Source: Macrostomum lignano (lineage: Eukaryota). From it: 64,000 nt of DNA. Shown here in pieces: positions 1-13,208 of the stretch. The position numbers and the translations under genes were made by a program. The notes beneath the pieces are model-generated. The model was not told where the DNA came from and did no database searches. It saw nothing but the letters and a program-made list of their open reading frames with translations. Location: assembly GCA_002269645.1 (NCBI GenBank), contig NIVC01000041.1, forward strand, positions 310,001-374,000, read 5' to 3'. Position 1 is the stretch's first letter. Each line of letters starts with the position of its first letter.

Positions 1-2447
1 TTTAATTTCAAAATAGGCTTTTGTATTTCATTTTTATATTTTTTAGTATTAGTATTTTGTATATACCATTTTTAATACTATACATATAAATATATTAGAT
101 AGTCAAATAACCAAATTTACCAACAATGTCTAATAAGGTAGCTTTGTTGACAAATTTGGTGGAACCCTACCAGAGTAGCTATCCAATCTATCCAATTAGC
201 TTTTAGAAAAAAATGGTATGGCAGATAGCAATATAATACATATAGACTTGTTGTTTAGATAATTTAAAGACAGTTTTTTTATAATGTATATACTTGATAA
301 AATTAAAATACTCCTTTAGAAATCTAAAAGCAAAATAGCATCTTTTAAATGGGACATGAAAAATATGAAAGTTGTCTTTGCAATGATTAGGCCTAGCTGC
401 CTAGGCAGATATCCAAAATTGTTTGTTTGCTAATCCAACAGATTCCAATTAGGCCTAAAGGAAAAAAAGAAGCTCATCAACTAAACTGGTAGTTTGCCTA
501 ATAGATGCTGGATTCTTGAAGAGAAAAAGAAAAAGAAACTCCATTTTGTCTCTCTTCGCTGTTTGTTTAATCAATAATCTGCCAACTAATTGCTAGGCCT
601 ATGTTATGTTTTATTGCTTAGTTTCATAGGTGATAGGCCTAGTCAATTTGTGTTTTTTATCCTAATTGCAAATATCGGCCAACTCAGCTCATATTTTCTA
701 TTCTTTTTATTAGGGCCTATAGGAATAAATTTAGTAACTTGACATACTGAAATACAGTTCAAAAGAACGATGCACGCTAAAAATCGATTTTTTCGCACTT
801 TTTAATTTTTATATCTGACTCTCCAGCTAAATTTATTTGAATAATCGGAGATACTTCTCCTCGATTAGGCCCTAATCTACTTCAGCTTTTGGAGACAGGA
901 GAGAGGAGACTGAGGAGAGTAAGGAAGTGGCTAGATAAATCTCCGCTCCGGAATGATTCTAAATCTTGTGTAATGAAATTATAGCTCGATTTTGAAATCT
1001 TGTACTTTATTTAGAATTTTTTAGTTTTATATTGTATTTATATTATTTTCCATACATATCCCTCATTCTGTAATATTGTAGTAGTATATTCGTACGTTAT
1101 CTACTTATTTTGTTATTATTTAGTTTATAAGAAATATATTCAAATTGGAAAGAGCGTCGCGCTGCGACGGTTCGACGGTCAACTCTGGCTACTGGATCGT
1201 GAGTCACAACGTAGCTTAGCGTCTTAACACTTAATAACAGCATTCATTAGCATTAGATTTTAGCATTAGAGCCTTAGGTTTATCCACTTTAGTATTCTAC
1301 TTCATTAGATCATTGACGTTAATAAAAACGCCCAACTAAGTAGTCACAGTTGCAGTCAATCGTTCGAGTGCTCGCTCAAGTTATTAGCATATTGAATTGA
1401 ATTACTTCACTTATTATTATTCAATTCGACTTCAAATCTGATTGCCATACTTCTTATCGACTTTATTTTTGGAGAAAATAATTGGCGACCACACCTAGTT
1501 TCTATATCCTACTACACAGTACACATTCGAGCCCAACATTTTGAAAATTCAAACAAGACCCAAACCAAACCACTTTCTTTACACTTGTGGTTCGTTTCCT
1601 AGAAATAATAGCTCGTAAAAAGCAGTATATTGAAACAAAATAATAAGTATTCCTTATATACGCATGAATGTTACGGTAATATCAACAGTGAATGACCGTT
1701 TAGTGGCTAATATAATCTGGTAGCCTATATAGTCTAGGACAAATATTAGTGGACAGTCCGATTAGTCTTAACTTTCACATAAATTCCTTACATCACTGCA
1801 TATCATCCATATTCTATTACTATAAGCTGAAGTTTCGGTCATGACGCACTCTCGTTCGCTAATTTTGCATATTGGACATTGAAAAATCAACGACGTACAG
1901 AATTCCAATTAAAAGCAAGTAAGCAAGTCCGTAGCAAAAAACTTACCATTTTTTGGCTTGGGTTTTTTGAAAAAAAACTTGTTTAGACGATTTTAGGCAA
2001 CTTCACTGTGTATGTATCTGGCGGTGTCTTTAAAATATAAAAGTTTATCATGAAAAAATATACATAACAATAAGGCTTAGTTATAGTGGCGCGAAGAAAA
2101 ACCTGTCGGCGCTGTCTGTTTTCAATTGGACGGATAGCTGAAGGCAAATAATATGCAAAAACTAATCTAATTTAATGTAGAGTTTGAATATAAAAAGCTG
2201 CAATAACTGTTAGAATTTTGAAGGCCACGAAAAGCAGACTTAATTGATAGTTCGAGTTACTTAGAGGTGTGTGGAATTCGATATTCGATATTAAATCACA
2301 GCCAATGAGTGGATTGTAAAATTTCAGGTTTTGTGGGCATAGATAGAGAAATCGAAAGAAAAAAACACACATTATACAAAAATAACGAAAAAATCTCTCT
2401 ATATATTACTATTAGCAGTGTCAGTTTAAAAAGTGTCAGTGTCAGTT

Positions 2448-5400
2448 TCACAAATCGTCCAGCGCGTTGGCAAAAGCAGCCAAATCGTGCAGCGATTCGA
2501 ATACGAAAAACTTGTCCAACAGTCTGTAGAAAGCTTCTGGCGCGCTCCGCTTGCAGCCGCATAGAAAGTGCATCTCTTCGCCAGCCAATTTGCCAGCAGA
2601 CGCGGCGGCAGCTGCCAAATTCAGGCTGCGCTCCTCTGCCCAGCGCTGTGTCTCGTCAGCCGACCAGGAGCGCAGGCCGGGCGTTCTCGAGCCGGCGCCT
2701 CCGGCTGTTGAAGACGCCGATATCGGCGGCAAAGTCGGATAAGCCGACGGAAACTGGTGCTCTCGGCCGGTGCTGCCCAGCGAAGCAGCCGACGAAGGCC
2801 GGCTGGCGCCAACTGGCCGAGCAGACGCAGCCTTCACCGGAGCAGCTGCGCCAACTGACGACGAAGCGGCGGCGGCGGCGGCGGCCTCCGCCGGCTCGTG
2901 CACAATCTTGGACGCCGCTCTGGCCTCGGACAGCACCCGTAACAGTTCGTTGATTTTAACATCGAACGAATATTTACCGGAGAAATCGTAATACAAATTG
3001 GCGCCAAGCATCAGGCCAAGCCAGCCGGTTGGCTTGTACTTCTGTTCCAGCAGTAGAGGCACTACTTTCTTGCCTAGCCGCCAGGCGTATTCGGCTTCAA
3101 CTCGACAGTTATTGGAATCTTTGTACTTGCGACTCATGCACATCAGTACGGCGTAGGAGCACTCAACAGCGTCCGCCATTGCGCTGAGAGTGGAGCCTTC
3201 GCCCATGCGCTCGTAGTCTATCCACACCTGTCAGGTGAATGGAATGTACATATAACATTGAGGGTGCTGGTGAGGGTGCTGGTGAGGGTGCTAGTGAGGG
3301 GTGCTAGTGAGGGGTGCCAATGGGGTGCTAGTGAGGGGTGCCAATGGGGTGCTAGTGGGGTGCCAATGGGGTGCTAGTGGGGTGTCAATGGGGTGCTAGT
3401 GAGGGGCTCATTGTGCTCGTTCCCATTAACCTCACAGCGCTAAAGATCGGCTCACCCGAATGCCAGCCTTAGCTAGCGCTTCCTTGATCCGAGCCACTGT
3501 GGCCTTGCACTCGTGCTGATAGCTGATCATGACGTGCTCGCCTTGCAGCACGCAGGCCGGCACAGTCTCGGGGTCAGTTGAGGTCGCCCGACGCCTCAAT
3601 TGGCGCGCCGTCTGCGGACGGTGTGAGGCGGCCGACTGGCCAGGCTTCGAGTCGCCGCTGCCTCGGGAGGCCGCAGTGGGATTCGACAGCTGCTCGTCCA
3701 GGTTGAAGTCCAGGCCCTGCCGTTTTCGGGAAAACTGCTGCTGATTATGCTGATCTAGCAGCCAATAAACACATCTAGCACCCAATAAACACATCTAGCA
3801 GCCAATAAACACATCTAGCACCCAATAAACACATCTAGCAGTCAATAAACACATCTAGCAACCAATAAACACATCTAACAATCAATAAACGCATCTAGCA
3901 CCCAATAAACACATCTAGCAGCCAATAAACACATCTAGCACCCAATAAACACATCTAGCAGCCAATAAACACATCTAGCAACCAATAAACACATCTAACA
4001 ATCAATAAACGCATCTAGCACCCAATAAACACATCTAGCAGCCAATAAACACATCTAGCAACCAATAAACACATCTAACAATCAATAAACGCATCTAAAA
4101 AACTAATAAACACATTTAAAAATAAATAAACACATCTAAAAACCGATAAACACATCTAGCAACCAATAAACACATCTAGCAGCCAATAAACACATCTAGC
4201 AATATATTGACACATCTAGCAATCAATAAACACATCCACGGGCATCAAACGTACCTGCAGCGACCGGGCCTCCCGCCACCGTCCGCGCCCATCCTGCCGC
4301 TGTGTCTGGTCGGCCATGAGGACTCTCAGACAGTCGCCAAACTCGGCCAGAATTCTCTCCCGGTTGGCCGGCAGGAAGCTCAAAGTGAACAGAATGTCTA
4401 AACCGGCTGCTACTTCGTCTTCCCGACCGCCGCTGCACATTCTAAGCAGAGCCGGGAGCAGATCCGTCTCCATTAGCAGAGTCTTATTGACATCGTTCAG
4501 TGCTAAGCGGTTGACGCACTGGGCCAGTTCTATTGTGTGATAGCCTTTGGAACGGCGGTCCGGTCGGCTGATTGAATCAGCCAGGTGGCCAACTAGGAAT
4601 TCCATCACTTCTTTGGCGCCAAGGTACAGATCGGCCTGCAATAATCATACCATTGATCTAAATCCCTGCGAATCTAAGCACTATCAACAGTTCAATGCGC
4701 TTATAAATTTTATAATAAACTTTTATACGCATAATTATACAATCCGTCACTACCTCAATCTATCCCTATCTCAATCCGCTCCTATCTACCTCAATCTACC
4801 CCTATCTCAATCCGCTCCTATCTACCTCAATCTATCCCTATCTCAATCCGCCTAATCTACCTCAATCTATCCCTATCTCAATCCGCTCCTATCTACCTCA
4901 ATCTACCCCTATCTCAATCCGCTCCTATCTACCTCAATCTATCCCTATCTCAATCCGCCTAATCTACCTCAATCTACTCCCTATCTCAATCCGCTCCTAT
5001 CTACCTCAATCTACTACTATTTCAATCCGCTCCTATCTACCTCAATCTACTCCCTATCTCAATCCGCTCCTATCTACCTCAATCTACTCCCTATCTCAAT
5101 CCGCTCCTATCTACCTCAATCTACCCCTATCTCAATCCGCCTAATCTACCTCAATCTACCCCTATCTCAATCCGCCCCTATCTACCTCAATCTACTCCCT
5201 ATCTCAATCCGCCTAATCTACCTCAATCTATCCCTATCTCAATCCGCCTAATCTACCTCAATCTACTCCCTATCTCAATCCGCCTAATCTACCTCAATCT
5301 ACTCCCTATCTCAATCCGCCTAATCTACCTCAATCTACCCCTATCTCAATCCGCCTAATCTACCTCAATCTACTCCCTATCTCAATCCGCTCCTATCTAC

Positions 5401-8400
5401 CTCAATTTACTCCCTATCTCAATCCGCCTAATCTACCTCAATCTACTCCCTATCTCAATCCGCTCCTATCTACCTCAATTTACTCCCTATCTCAATCCGC
5501 CCCTATCTACCTCAATCTATCCCTATCTCAATCCGCACCTATCTACCTCAATCTACCCCTATCTCAATATGCTCCTATCTACCTCAATCTACCCCTATCT
5601 CAATCCGCCTAATCTACCTCAATCTACTCCCTATCTCAATCCGCTCCTATCTACCTCAATGTATCCCTATCTCAATCCGCTCCTATCTACCTCAATCTAC
5701 TCCCTATCTCAATCCGCTCCTATCTACCTCAATCTACCCCTATCTCAATCTGCCTAATCTACCTCAATCTACCCCTATCTCAATCCGCCTAATCTACCTC
5801 AATCTACCCCTATCTCAATCCGCCTAATCTACCTCAATCTACTCCCTATCTCAATCCGCTCCTATCTACCTTAATCTACTCCCTATCTCAATCCGCCTAA
5901 TCTACCTCAATCTACTCCCTATCTCAATCCGCTCCTATCTACCTTAATCTACTCCCTATCTCAATCCGCCTAATCTACCTCAATCTACCCCTATCTCAAT
6001 CCAATCTCAATCTCAATCTACCTCAATCTATCCCTATCTCAATCCGCCTAATCTACCTCAATCTACTCCCTATCTCAATCCGCCTAATCTACCTCAATCT
6101 ACCCCTATCTCAATCCGCCTAATCTACCTCAATCTATCCCTATCTCAATCCGCCTAATCTACCTCAATCTACCCCTATCTCAATCCGCCCCTATCTACCT
6201 CAATCTACTCCCTATCTCAATCCGCCTAATCTACCTCAATCTATCCCTATCTCAATCTGCCTAATCTACCTCAATCTACTCCCTATCTCAATCCGCCTAA
6301 TCTACCTCAATCTACTCCCTATCTCAATCCGCCTAATCTACCTCAATCTATCCCTATCTCAATCCGCTCCTATCTACCTCAATCTACCCCTATCTCAATC
6401 CGCCCAATCTACCTCAATCTACCCCCTATCTCAATCCGCCCCAATCTACCTCAATCTACCCGTACCCCAATTCACCCCAATCTACCTCAATCTACCCCCT
6501 ATCTCGATCCGCCCCAATCTACCTCAATCTACCCCCTATCTCGATCCGCCCCAATCTACCTCAATCTACCCCCTATCTCGATCCGCCCCAATCTACCTCA
6601 ATCTACCCGTACCCCAATCCACCCCAATCTACCTCAATCTACCCCCTATCTCGATCCGCCCCAATCTACCTCAATCTACCCCCTATCTCAATCCGCCCCA
6701 ATCTACCTCAATCTACCCGTACCCCAATCCACCCCAATCTACCTCAATCTACCCCCTATCTCGATCCGCCCCAATCTACCTCAATCTACCCCCTATCTCG
6801 ATCCGCCCCAATCTACCTCAATCTACCCCCTATCTCGATCCGCCCCAATCTACCTCAATCTACCCCCTATCTCGATCCGCCCCAATCTACCTCAATCTAC
6901 CCCCTATCTCGATCCGCCCCAATCTACCTCAATCTACCCGTACCCCAATCCACCCCAATCTACCTCAATCTACCCGTACCCCAATGCACCCCAATCTACC
7001 TCAATCTACCCCCTATCTCGATCCGCCCCAATCTACCTCAATCTACCCGTACCCCAATCCGCCCCAATCTACCTCAATCTACCCCCTATCTCGATCCACC
7101 CCAATCCACCCCAATCTACCTCAATCTACCCCCTATCTCGATCCGCCCCAATCTACCTCAATCTACCCGTACCCCAATCCACCCCAATCTACCCGTACCC
7201 CAATCCACCCCAATCTACCTCAATCTACCCGTACCCCAATCCACCCCAATCTACCTCAATCTACCCGTACCCCAATCCACCCCAATCTACCTCAATCTAC
7301 CCCCTATCTCGATCCACCCCAATCTACCTCAATCTACTTCCTATCTCGATCCGCCCCAATCTACCTCAATCTACCCGTACCCCAATCCGCCCCAATCTAC
7401 CTCAATCTACCCCCTATCTCGATCCGCCCAATCTACCTCAATCTACCCCCTATCTCGATCCGCCCCAATCTACCTCAATCTACCCGTACCCCAATCCGCC
7501 CCTATCTACCTCAATTTACCCGTACCTCAATCCGCCCCTACCTCGATCCGCACCTACCTCAATCAATAGTGCCTATCCTTGATAGTGATAAATCAAGACC
7601 ATGGACAACAGACAAAGACCAGTCCACAAAGACCTCACCTGACTCTCGTCCAAAGCGAACGCAATCAGTATTAGCGCGTGAACTTGCAATTCAACGTCGG
7701 AACTTTTCAAATACGGTTTGACAGAATCGACCACGCCAACCCGGGACAGGACGTCATAAATCTCAGAGTTATTCTTAAAGAACATGTTGTAGGTCAGGCC
7801 TAGCAGGCTATTGACAGTAGCTTTAGCCAGCTCCTGGTCCTGCTTATCGTACCAACCCACCAGAGCCGGGATTACCATCTCTGTGAAGAAGAATTCAGAC
7901 TTCGATAAAGTAACACAGAATGATACGCTGCAGTCCGTGTAATTATGAAAATTCCCCAGTATCAATGTCGCATAGATTCTCTCGTGCTCAAATTTGGTCT
8001 CATCTTCGGCTGATTGGCTAACGAAAGCGTCATCGCGATGCTGCTGGAATAGGTAGACTGCGCACCTGCACAAGCTGTCAATCAGACCTTGGAATTCGGC
8101 AAGTTTTGCTCCAGCCTTCTCTCTGTAGCCAGTCAGCTGCTTCTCCGTCATCTTGAATTTGCCCATCTGGCCATAGAACTCGTACAGCCAAGACAGGTAC
8201 TCAATTAGGGGCCTAGGCTGAGCCGTGGCCTGTTCAGGCGTGTGAGAGGTCATGTACTTCTCAAAGTTAGTTAGAAAATTGCCGTAATTATTGATGACCT
8301 TGGTTAAGAATGTTTGATACTCTTCATCTGTTTGAACTCTGACTGACTCTTCTTCGGATGTCTTCTGCTTTTGTTGCTCTTGTTGCTGCTCTTGTTGCTG

Positions 8401-8520
8401 CTCTTGTTGTTGCTGCTGCTGCTGCTCATCAGTCTTCTTTTGCTCGTCTGGCTTTGCCTCGCCGCTTTGGCCTGCATCGCCGCTTGGCTTGCTTTTGTTT
8501 GCCTCGCTTGAGGAAAACAT
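2448..8520 (-). CDS. ARM-repeat / TIR (TIR_2-like) / C-terminal SAM-like protein, about 778 aa; exons 8520-7639, 4635-4255, about 3749-3456, 3227-2448
   Basis: Four GC-rich ORF segments join in frame at canonical sites (CAG|GTGAGG, TTGCAG|GCC, CAG|GTACGT, CGG|GTGAGC, GACAG|GTG). TIR motifs: HVMISYQ, VWIDYERM, AMADAVE, SRKYKDSNNCRVEAEYA, GWLG. Helical ARM-like N-terminal half with a poly-Q/E tract. The C-terminal WSADETQRW...APEAFYRLL segment is SAM-like. The exon 3 acceptor is uncertain (3749 or 3740). Confidence 0.85.
3258..3410. repeat. 12-13 bp minisatellite (GAGGGTGCTAGT-like) in intron 3 of the TIR gene
   Basis: Visible tandem units. Confidence 0.85.
3755..4237. repeat. 20-bp minisatellite TAGCAGCCAATAAACACATC in intron 2 of the TIR gene
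   Basis: About 24 tandem units. Confidence 0.95.
4745..7562. repeat. 36-37 bp minisatellite (CTATCTACCTCAATCTACTCCCTATCTCAATCCGCTC) in intron 1 of the TIR gene
   Basis: Long tandem array drifting to C-rich variants toward 7560. Confidence 0.95.
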
Positions 8521-8544
8521 GGCACCAATTCAGCTGCGGAAATT

Positions 8545-10345
8545 GCAAATAAAATTGGGGAATTTCCATCAATTCAATCAGTGTGGGGAATTCACATCAA
8601 CTCAATCAGTGTGGGGAATTTCCATCAATTCAATCAGTGTGGGGAATTCACATCAACTCAATCAGTGTGGGGAATTTCCATCAATTCAATCAGTGTGGGG
8701 AATTCACATCAACTCAATCAGTGTGGGGAATCTCCATCAATTCAATCAGTGTGGGGAATTCACATCAACTCAATCAGTGTGGGGAATCTCCATCAATTCA
8801 ATCAGTGTGGGGAATTCACATCAACTCAATCAGTGTGGGGAATCTCCATCAACTCAGTCAGTTTGGGGAATTTCCATCAACTCAATCAGTGTGGGGAATC
8901 TCCATCAACTCAGTCAGTGTGGGGAATCTCCATCAACTCAGTCAGTGTGGGGAATTCACATCAACTCAATCAGTGTGGGGAATCTCCATCAATTCAATCA
9001 GTGTGGGGAATTCACATCAACTCAATCAGTGTGGGGAATCTCCATCAACTCAGTCAGTTTGGGGAATTTCCATCAACTCAATCAGTTTGGGGAATTCCCA
9101 TGAACTCAATCAGTGTGGGGAATCTCCATCAACTCAATCAGTGTGGGGAATTCACATCAATTCAATCAGTGTGGGGAATTTCAATCAAGTCAACCAGTGT
9201 GGGGAATTTCCATCAACTCAATCAGTGTGGGGAATTCACATCAACTCAATCAGTATGGGGAATCTCCATCAACTCAATCAGTGTGGGGAATCTCCATCAA
9301 ATCAATCAGTGTGGGGAATTTCCATCAATTCAACCAGTGTGGGGAATTTCCATCAACCCAATTAGTGTGGGAATTCCCATCAACTCAATCAGTATGGAGA
9401 ATTCCCATCAACCCAATTAGTGTGGGGAATTCCTATCAGCTCAATCAGTGTGGGGAATTTCCATCAATTCAACTCAATCGGTGTGGGGAATTTCCATCAA
9501 CTCAACTCAATCAGTTTAGGGAATTTCCATCAACTCAACTCAATCAGTTTAGGGAATTTCCATCAACTCAATCAGTGTGGGGAATTTCCATCAACTCAAC
9601 TCAATCAGTGTAGGGAATTTCCATCAACTCAACTCAATCAGTTTAGGGAATTTCCATCAACTCAACTCAATCAGTTTAGGGAATTTCCATCAACTCAATC
9701 AGTGTGGGGAATTTCCATCAACTCAACTCAATCAGTTTGGGGAATTTCCATCAATTCAACTCAATCAGTGTAGGGAATTTCCATCAACTCAATCAGTGTG
9801 GGGAATTTCCATCAACTCAACTCAATCAGTTTAGGGAATTTCCATCAATTCAACTCAATCAGTGTAGGGAATCTCCATCAACTCAATCAGTGTAGGGAAT
9901 TTCCATCAACTCAATCAGTGTGGGGAATTTCCATCAACTCAACTCAATCAGTGTAGGGAATTTCCATCAACTCAACTCAATCAGTTTAGGGAATTTCCAT
10001 CAACTCAACTCAATCAGTGTAGGGAATTTCCATCAACTCAACTCAATCAGTTTAGGGAATTTCCATCAACTCAACTCAATCAGTGTAGGGAATTTCCATC
10101 AACTCAACTCAATCAGTTTAGGGAATTTCCATCAACTCAACTCAATCAGTTTAGGGAATTTCCATCAACTCAACTCAATCAGTTTAGGGAATTTCCATCA
10201 ACTCAACTCAATCAGTGTAGGGAATTTCCATCAACTCAACTCAATCAGTGTAGGGAATTTCCATCAACTCAACTCAATCAGTGTAGGGAATTTCCATCAA
10301 CTCAATCAGTGTGGGGAATTTCCATCAATTCAATCAGTGTGGGGA
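8545..10345. repeat. 28/33-bp minisatellite (TCAATCAGTGTGGGGAATTTCCATCAAC), probably in a 5-prime UTR intron of the TIR gene
   Basis: Tandem units; minus-strand acceptor TTTCCGCAG at 8534 and candidate donor GTGAGT at 10429. Confidence 0.95.
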
Positions 10346-11009
10346 ATTTCTACGATTGTCAATACCCTAAAATTCACTGCGAAATATAGAACTGAACAAA
10401 GTACATTAACATTATAACCTTGAACTCACTTTAGCTAGTACAATGCACCTTTATTTAAAGAAATAAAAACAATCAACCACAAAATGAAACAAAGTAAAAC
10501 AACAGAACCAATTTTATAAAACAGTAAACAGGCAGAGCAGAGATAGATGGATTCGCTGTTAAATATTCTACCAGATCGTTCGCAAAATGACCCACCCAAT
10601 TCATTCAAAACAAAAAAGGCAAATTGTGGCACATAAAAATCAATATATATTTGTACGAGCTACTAGGCTTCGATTCCACAAGAAATAATAAGCATTATGC
10701 GAATCTGTAACAGGGTTGTGATCGATTTAATACTAAACAGAAAGTACAGCCGCCGCCACTTTGAAACACCACCAGCCACTGCAAAGGAAAGCATAGCACT
10801 TGATAAGAGCAGATTTGAACTTATAAAAAATAATTCAAAAATCTTGTGACATTATGTAGGTCTGCGAATTGAACTGCCATTATAACCTTGAACTGCCATG
10901 CATATCGGTCTACACGCGTTAATGTTGTTTTCAGATTAACAGAATTACGTATAGATATTATTGAAATATAAATTGCCCAAATTAATGACCTGCATTAATA
11001 ATGAGATCA

Positions 11010-11300
11010 ATGCTACCTATAGTTTTTAGGGATTTCACGAGATGCGACCTGCAGTTTTTAAGGATTTCACGAGATGCTACCTGCAGTTTTTAAGGATTTC
11101 ACGAGATGCTACCTGCAGCTTTTAAGGATTTCACGAGATGCTACCTGCAGTTTTAGGGATTTCACGAGATGCTACCTGCAGTTTTTAGGGATTTCACGAG
11201 ATGTTACCTGCAGTTTTTAGGGATTTCACGAGATGCTACCTGCAGTTTTTAGGGATTTCACGAGATGCTACCTGCAGCTTTTAGGGATTTCACGAGATGC
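11010..11300. repeat. 32-bp minisatellite GATGCTACCTGCAGTTTTTAAGGATTTCACGA downstream of MFSD13A
   Basis: About 9 tandem units. Confidence 0.95.
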
Positions 11301-11326
11301 TCTACCACCCGCAACTTCAGGCAAAG

Positions 11327-13113
11327 TCACACAAAGCGCAGTGCGGCAGCCCCAGCCCGCAGTCGGTAGCACAGCTCCTTGACTCGACGCTGCCGATCTC
11401 CGTGCAGGCTGAAGCGGGTCCACAGCGCCAATTGCACGCAGCCGCAGGCAAGCGGCACCCAGCCGAGCACGCGGAGGCAGCCGAGGCGTGCGGCCGAATC
11501 GAGCGGGGCCGCTCCGGCGGCCAGAGGTCGGTCCGCACCAAGGAGGTCCCGGCCGACGAAATGCGAGAATAGGGCGGTGCCGAGCAGCGGGGCGAGGGTC
11601 TGGCCGGGCTTGCTGAGCAGGGCTGTGGACCCGAATATGAGGGCGCTGATTGGCTCGGAGCGGCGGTGCATTGCGTAATCCTCGTCTACCAGGTCCGACA
11701 CCTGCGATTTGGTGACAGGCGGTTGGGGTTGTGTGACAGGCGGTTGGGGTTGTGTGACAGGTGATTGGGGCTGTGTGACACGTGATTGGGGTTGTGTGAC
11801 AGGCGATTGGGGTTGTGTGACAGGCGATTGGGGCTGTGTGACAGGTGATTGGGGTTGTGTGACAGGCGATCGGGGTTGTGTGACAGGCGATTGGGGTTGT
11901 GTGACAGGTGATTGGGGTTGTGTGACAGGCGATTGGGGTTGTGTGACAGGCTATGGGTGTTGTGTGGCAGGCTATGGGGGTTGTGTGGCAGGCTATGGGG
12001 GTTGTGTGGCAGGCTATGGGGGTTGTGTGACAGGCTATGGGTGTTGTGTGACAGACTATGGGGGTTGTGTGGCAGGCTATGGGGGTTGTGTGGCAGGCTA
12101 TGGGGGTTGTGTGAAAGGTAATGGGGGTTGTGTGATAGGATCTGGGCACTGTGTGATAGGATCTGGGAACTGTGTGATAGTCCTAAATAAATAATTTAAT
12201 TAAATAATGAAACAAAAGCAAGTCTTACCACAAGATTCAACAATTTGCAGACGCCTTCGGTGAACACCCGGTTGCTAAGCAACAGGCAAGCCAGCGGCAG
12301 AGTGCCAGTAGGCAGGGCGGTGAGGACAAACAGTCCAGACAGAGCCTTAGCCAGCAGCAGGCCCCTGACAACTGCGTAGGCTCCGTAGGAGTCGCACAGC
12401 CGAAGGAAGGCCACGTTGTTGAGATGCGGCAGAACAAAAGAGACGGCCAGCACAGCCGAACCAATCAGCGATACAGTCGAAGCGGAGTACTCAGTCGAGG
12501 ACTGCTCGCTGCTCAGCAATAGCAGAAACAAAGGAAAGAAATTGGAATTGAAATGACAATGAAACACTTGCAACAGTTGGGTGCAGCAGAAGTAGACAAA
12601 ATTCTTGTGCGAGAATAATTGACCGGAGAAGGAGCGCAGCTGGCTGCACAGAGGCTTGCTTGGCATCTCTTGGACTTCGCTTGGATCTACTTCGTCAGAG
12701 GCCGCGGAGCAGGCCGCGTGAGCTCGGCGAATGCCCCGACTGAACAGCAGGTAGCCAGCCAGCGCTACGCAGGCCAAGAAGGTGGTGAACAGGCGGAATG
12801 GCAGCAGGCGGGCGCGGTCCCACACCAGGTAGCTGACGAACACCGAGCCCGAGGCGGCGCCGCTGCCAAGGCTGGCGCCCAGGCTGAGCCGGTGCCGCTC
12901 CGACTGGCGCAGAGTCAGGTCCGCCTGCAGGGCGGTGAAGTGCACCTGGGGAATTCGGGTGGGGGGTTGAACTACTGATAGTAGCTAGCTAGGGTTGGGA
13001 CTGGAGCGACACTGCATCAATGGGCAATGGACACCATAGAAAGACAGACAGACAGACAGACACTAAGACAGACAGAGAGACAGACAGACAGACAGACAGT
13101 CACTAAGACACTA

Positions 13114-13208
<95 letters not shown>

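Noticed and set aside
1069-1490. Possible LTR end with PBS-like AATTGGCGACC at about 1480
   Set aside because: No second LTR, no gag/pol downstream, and termini not definable.
2309-2991. Plus-strand ORFs overlapping the TIR exon (and similar antisense ORFs over the other genes)
   Set aside because: Shadow ORFs typical of GC-rich coding DNA, with no recognisable motifs.
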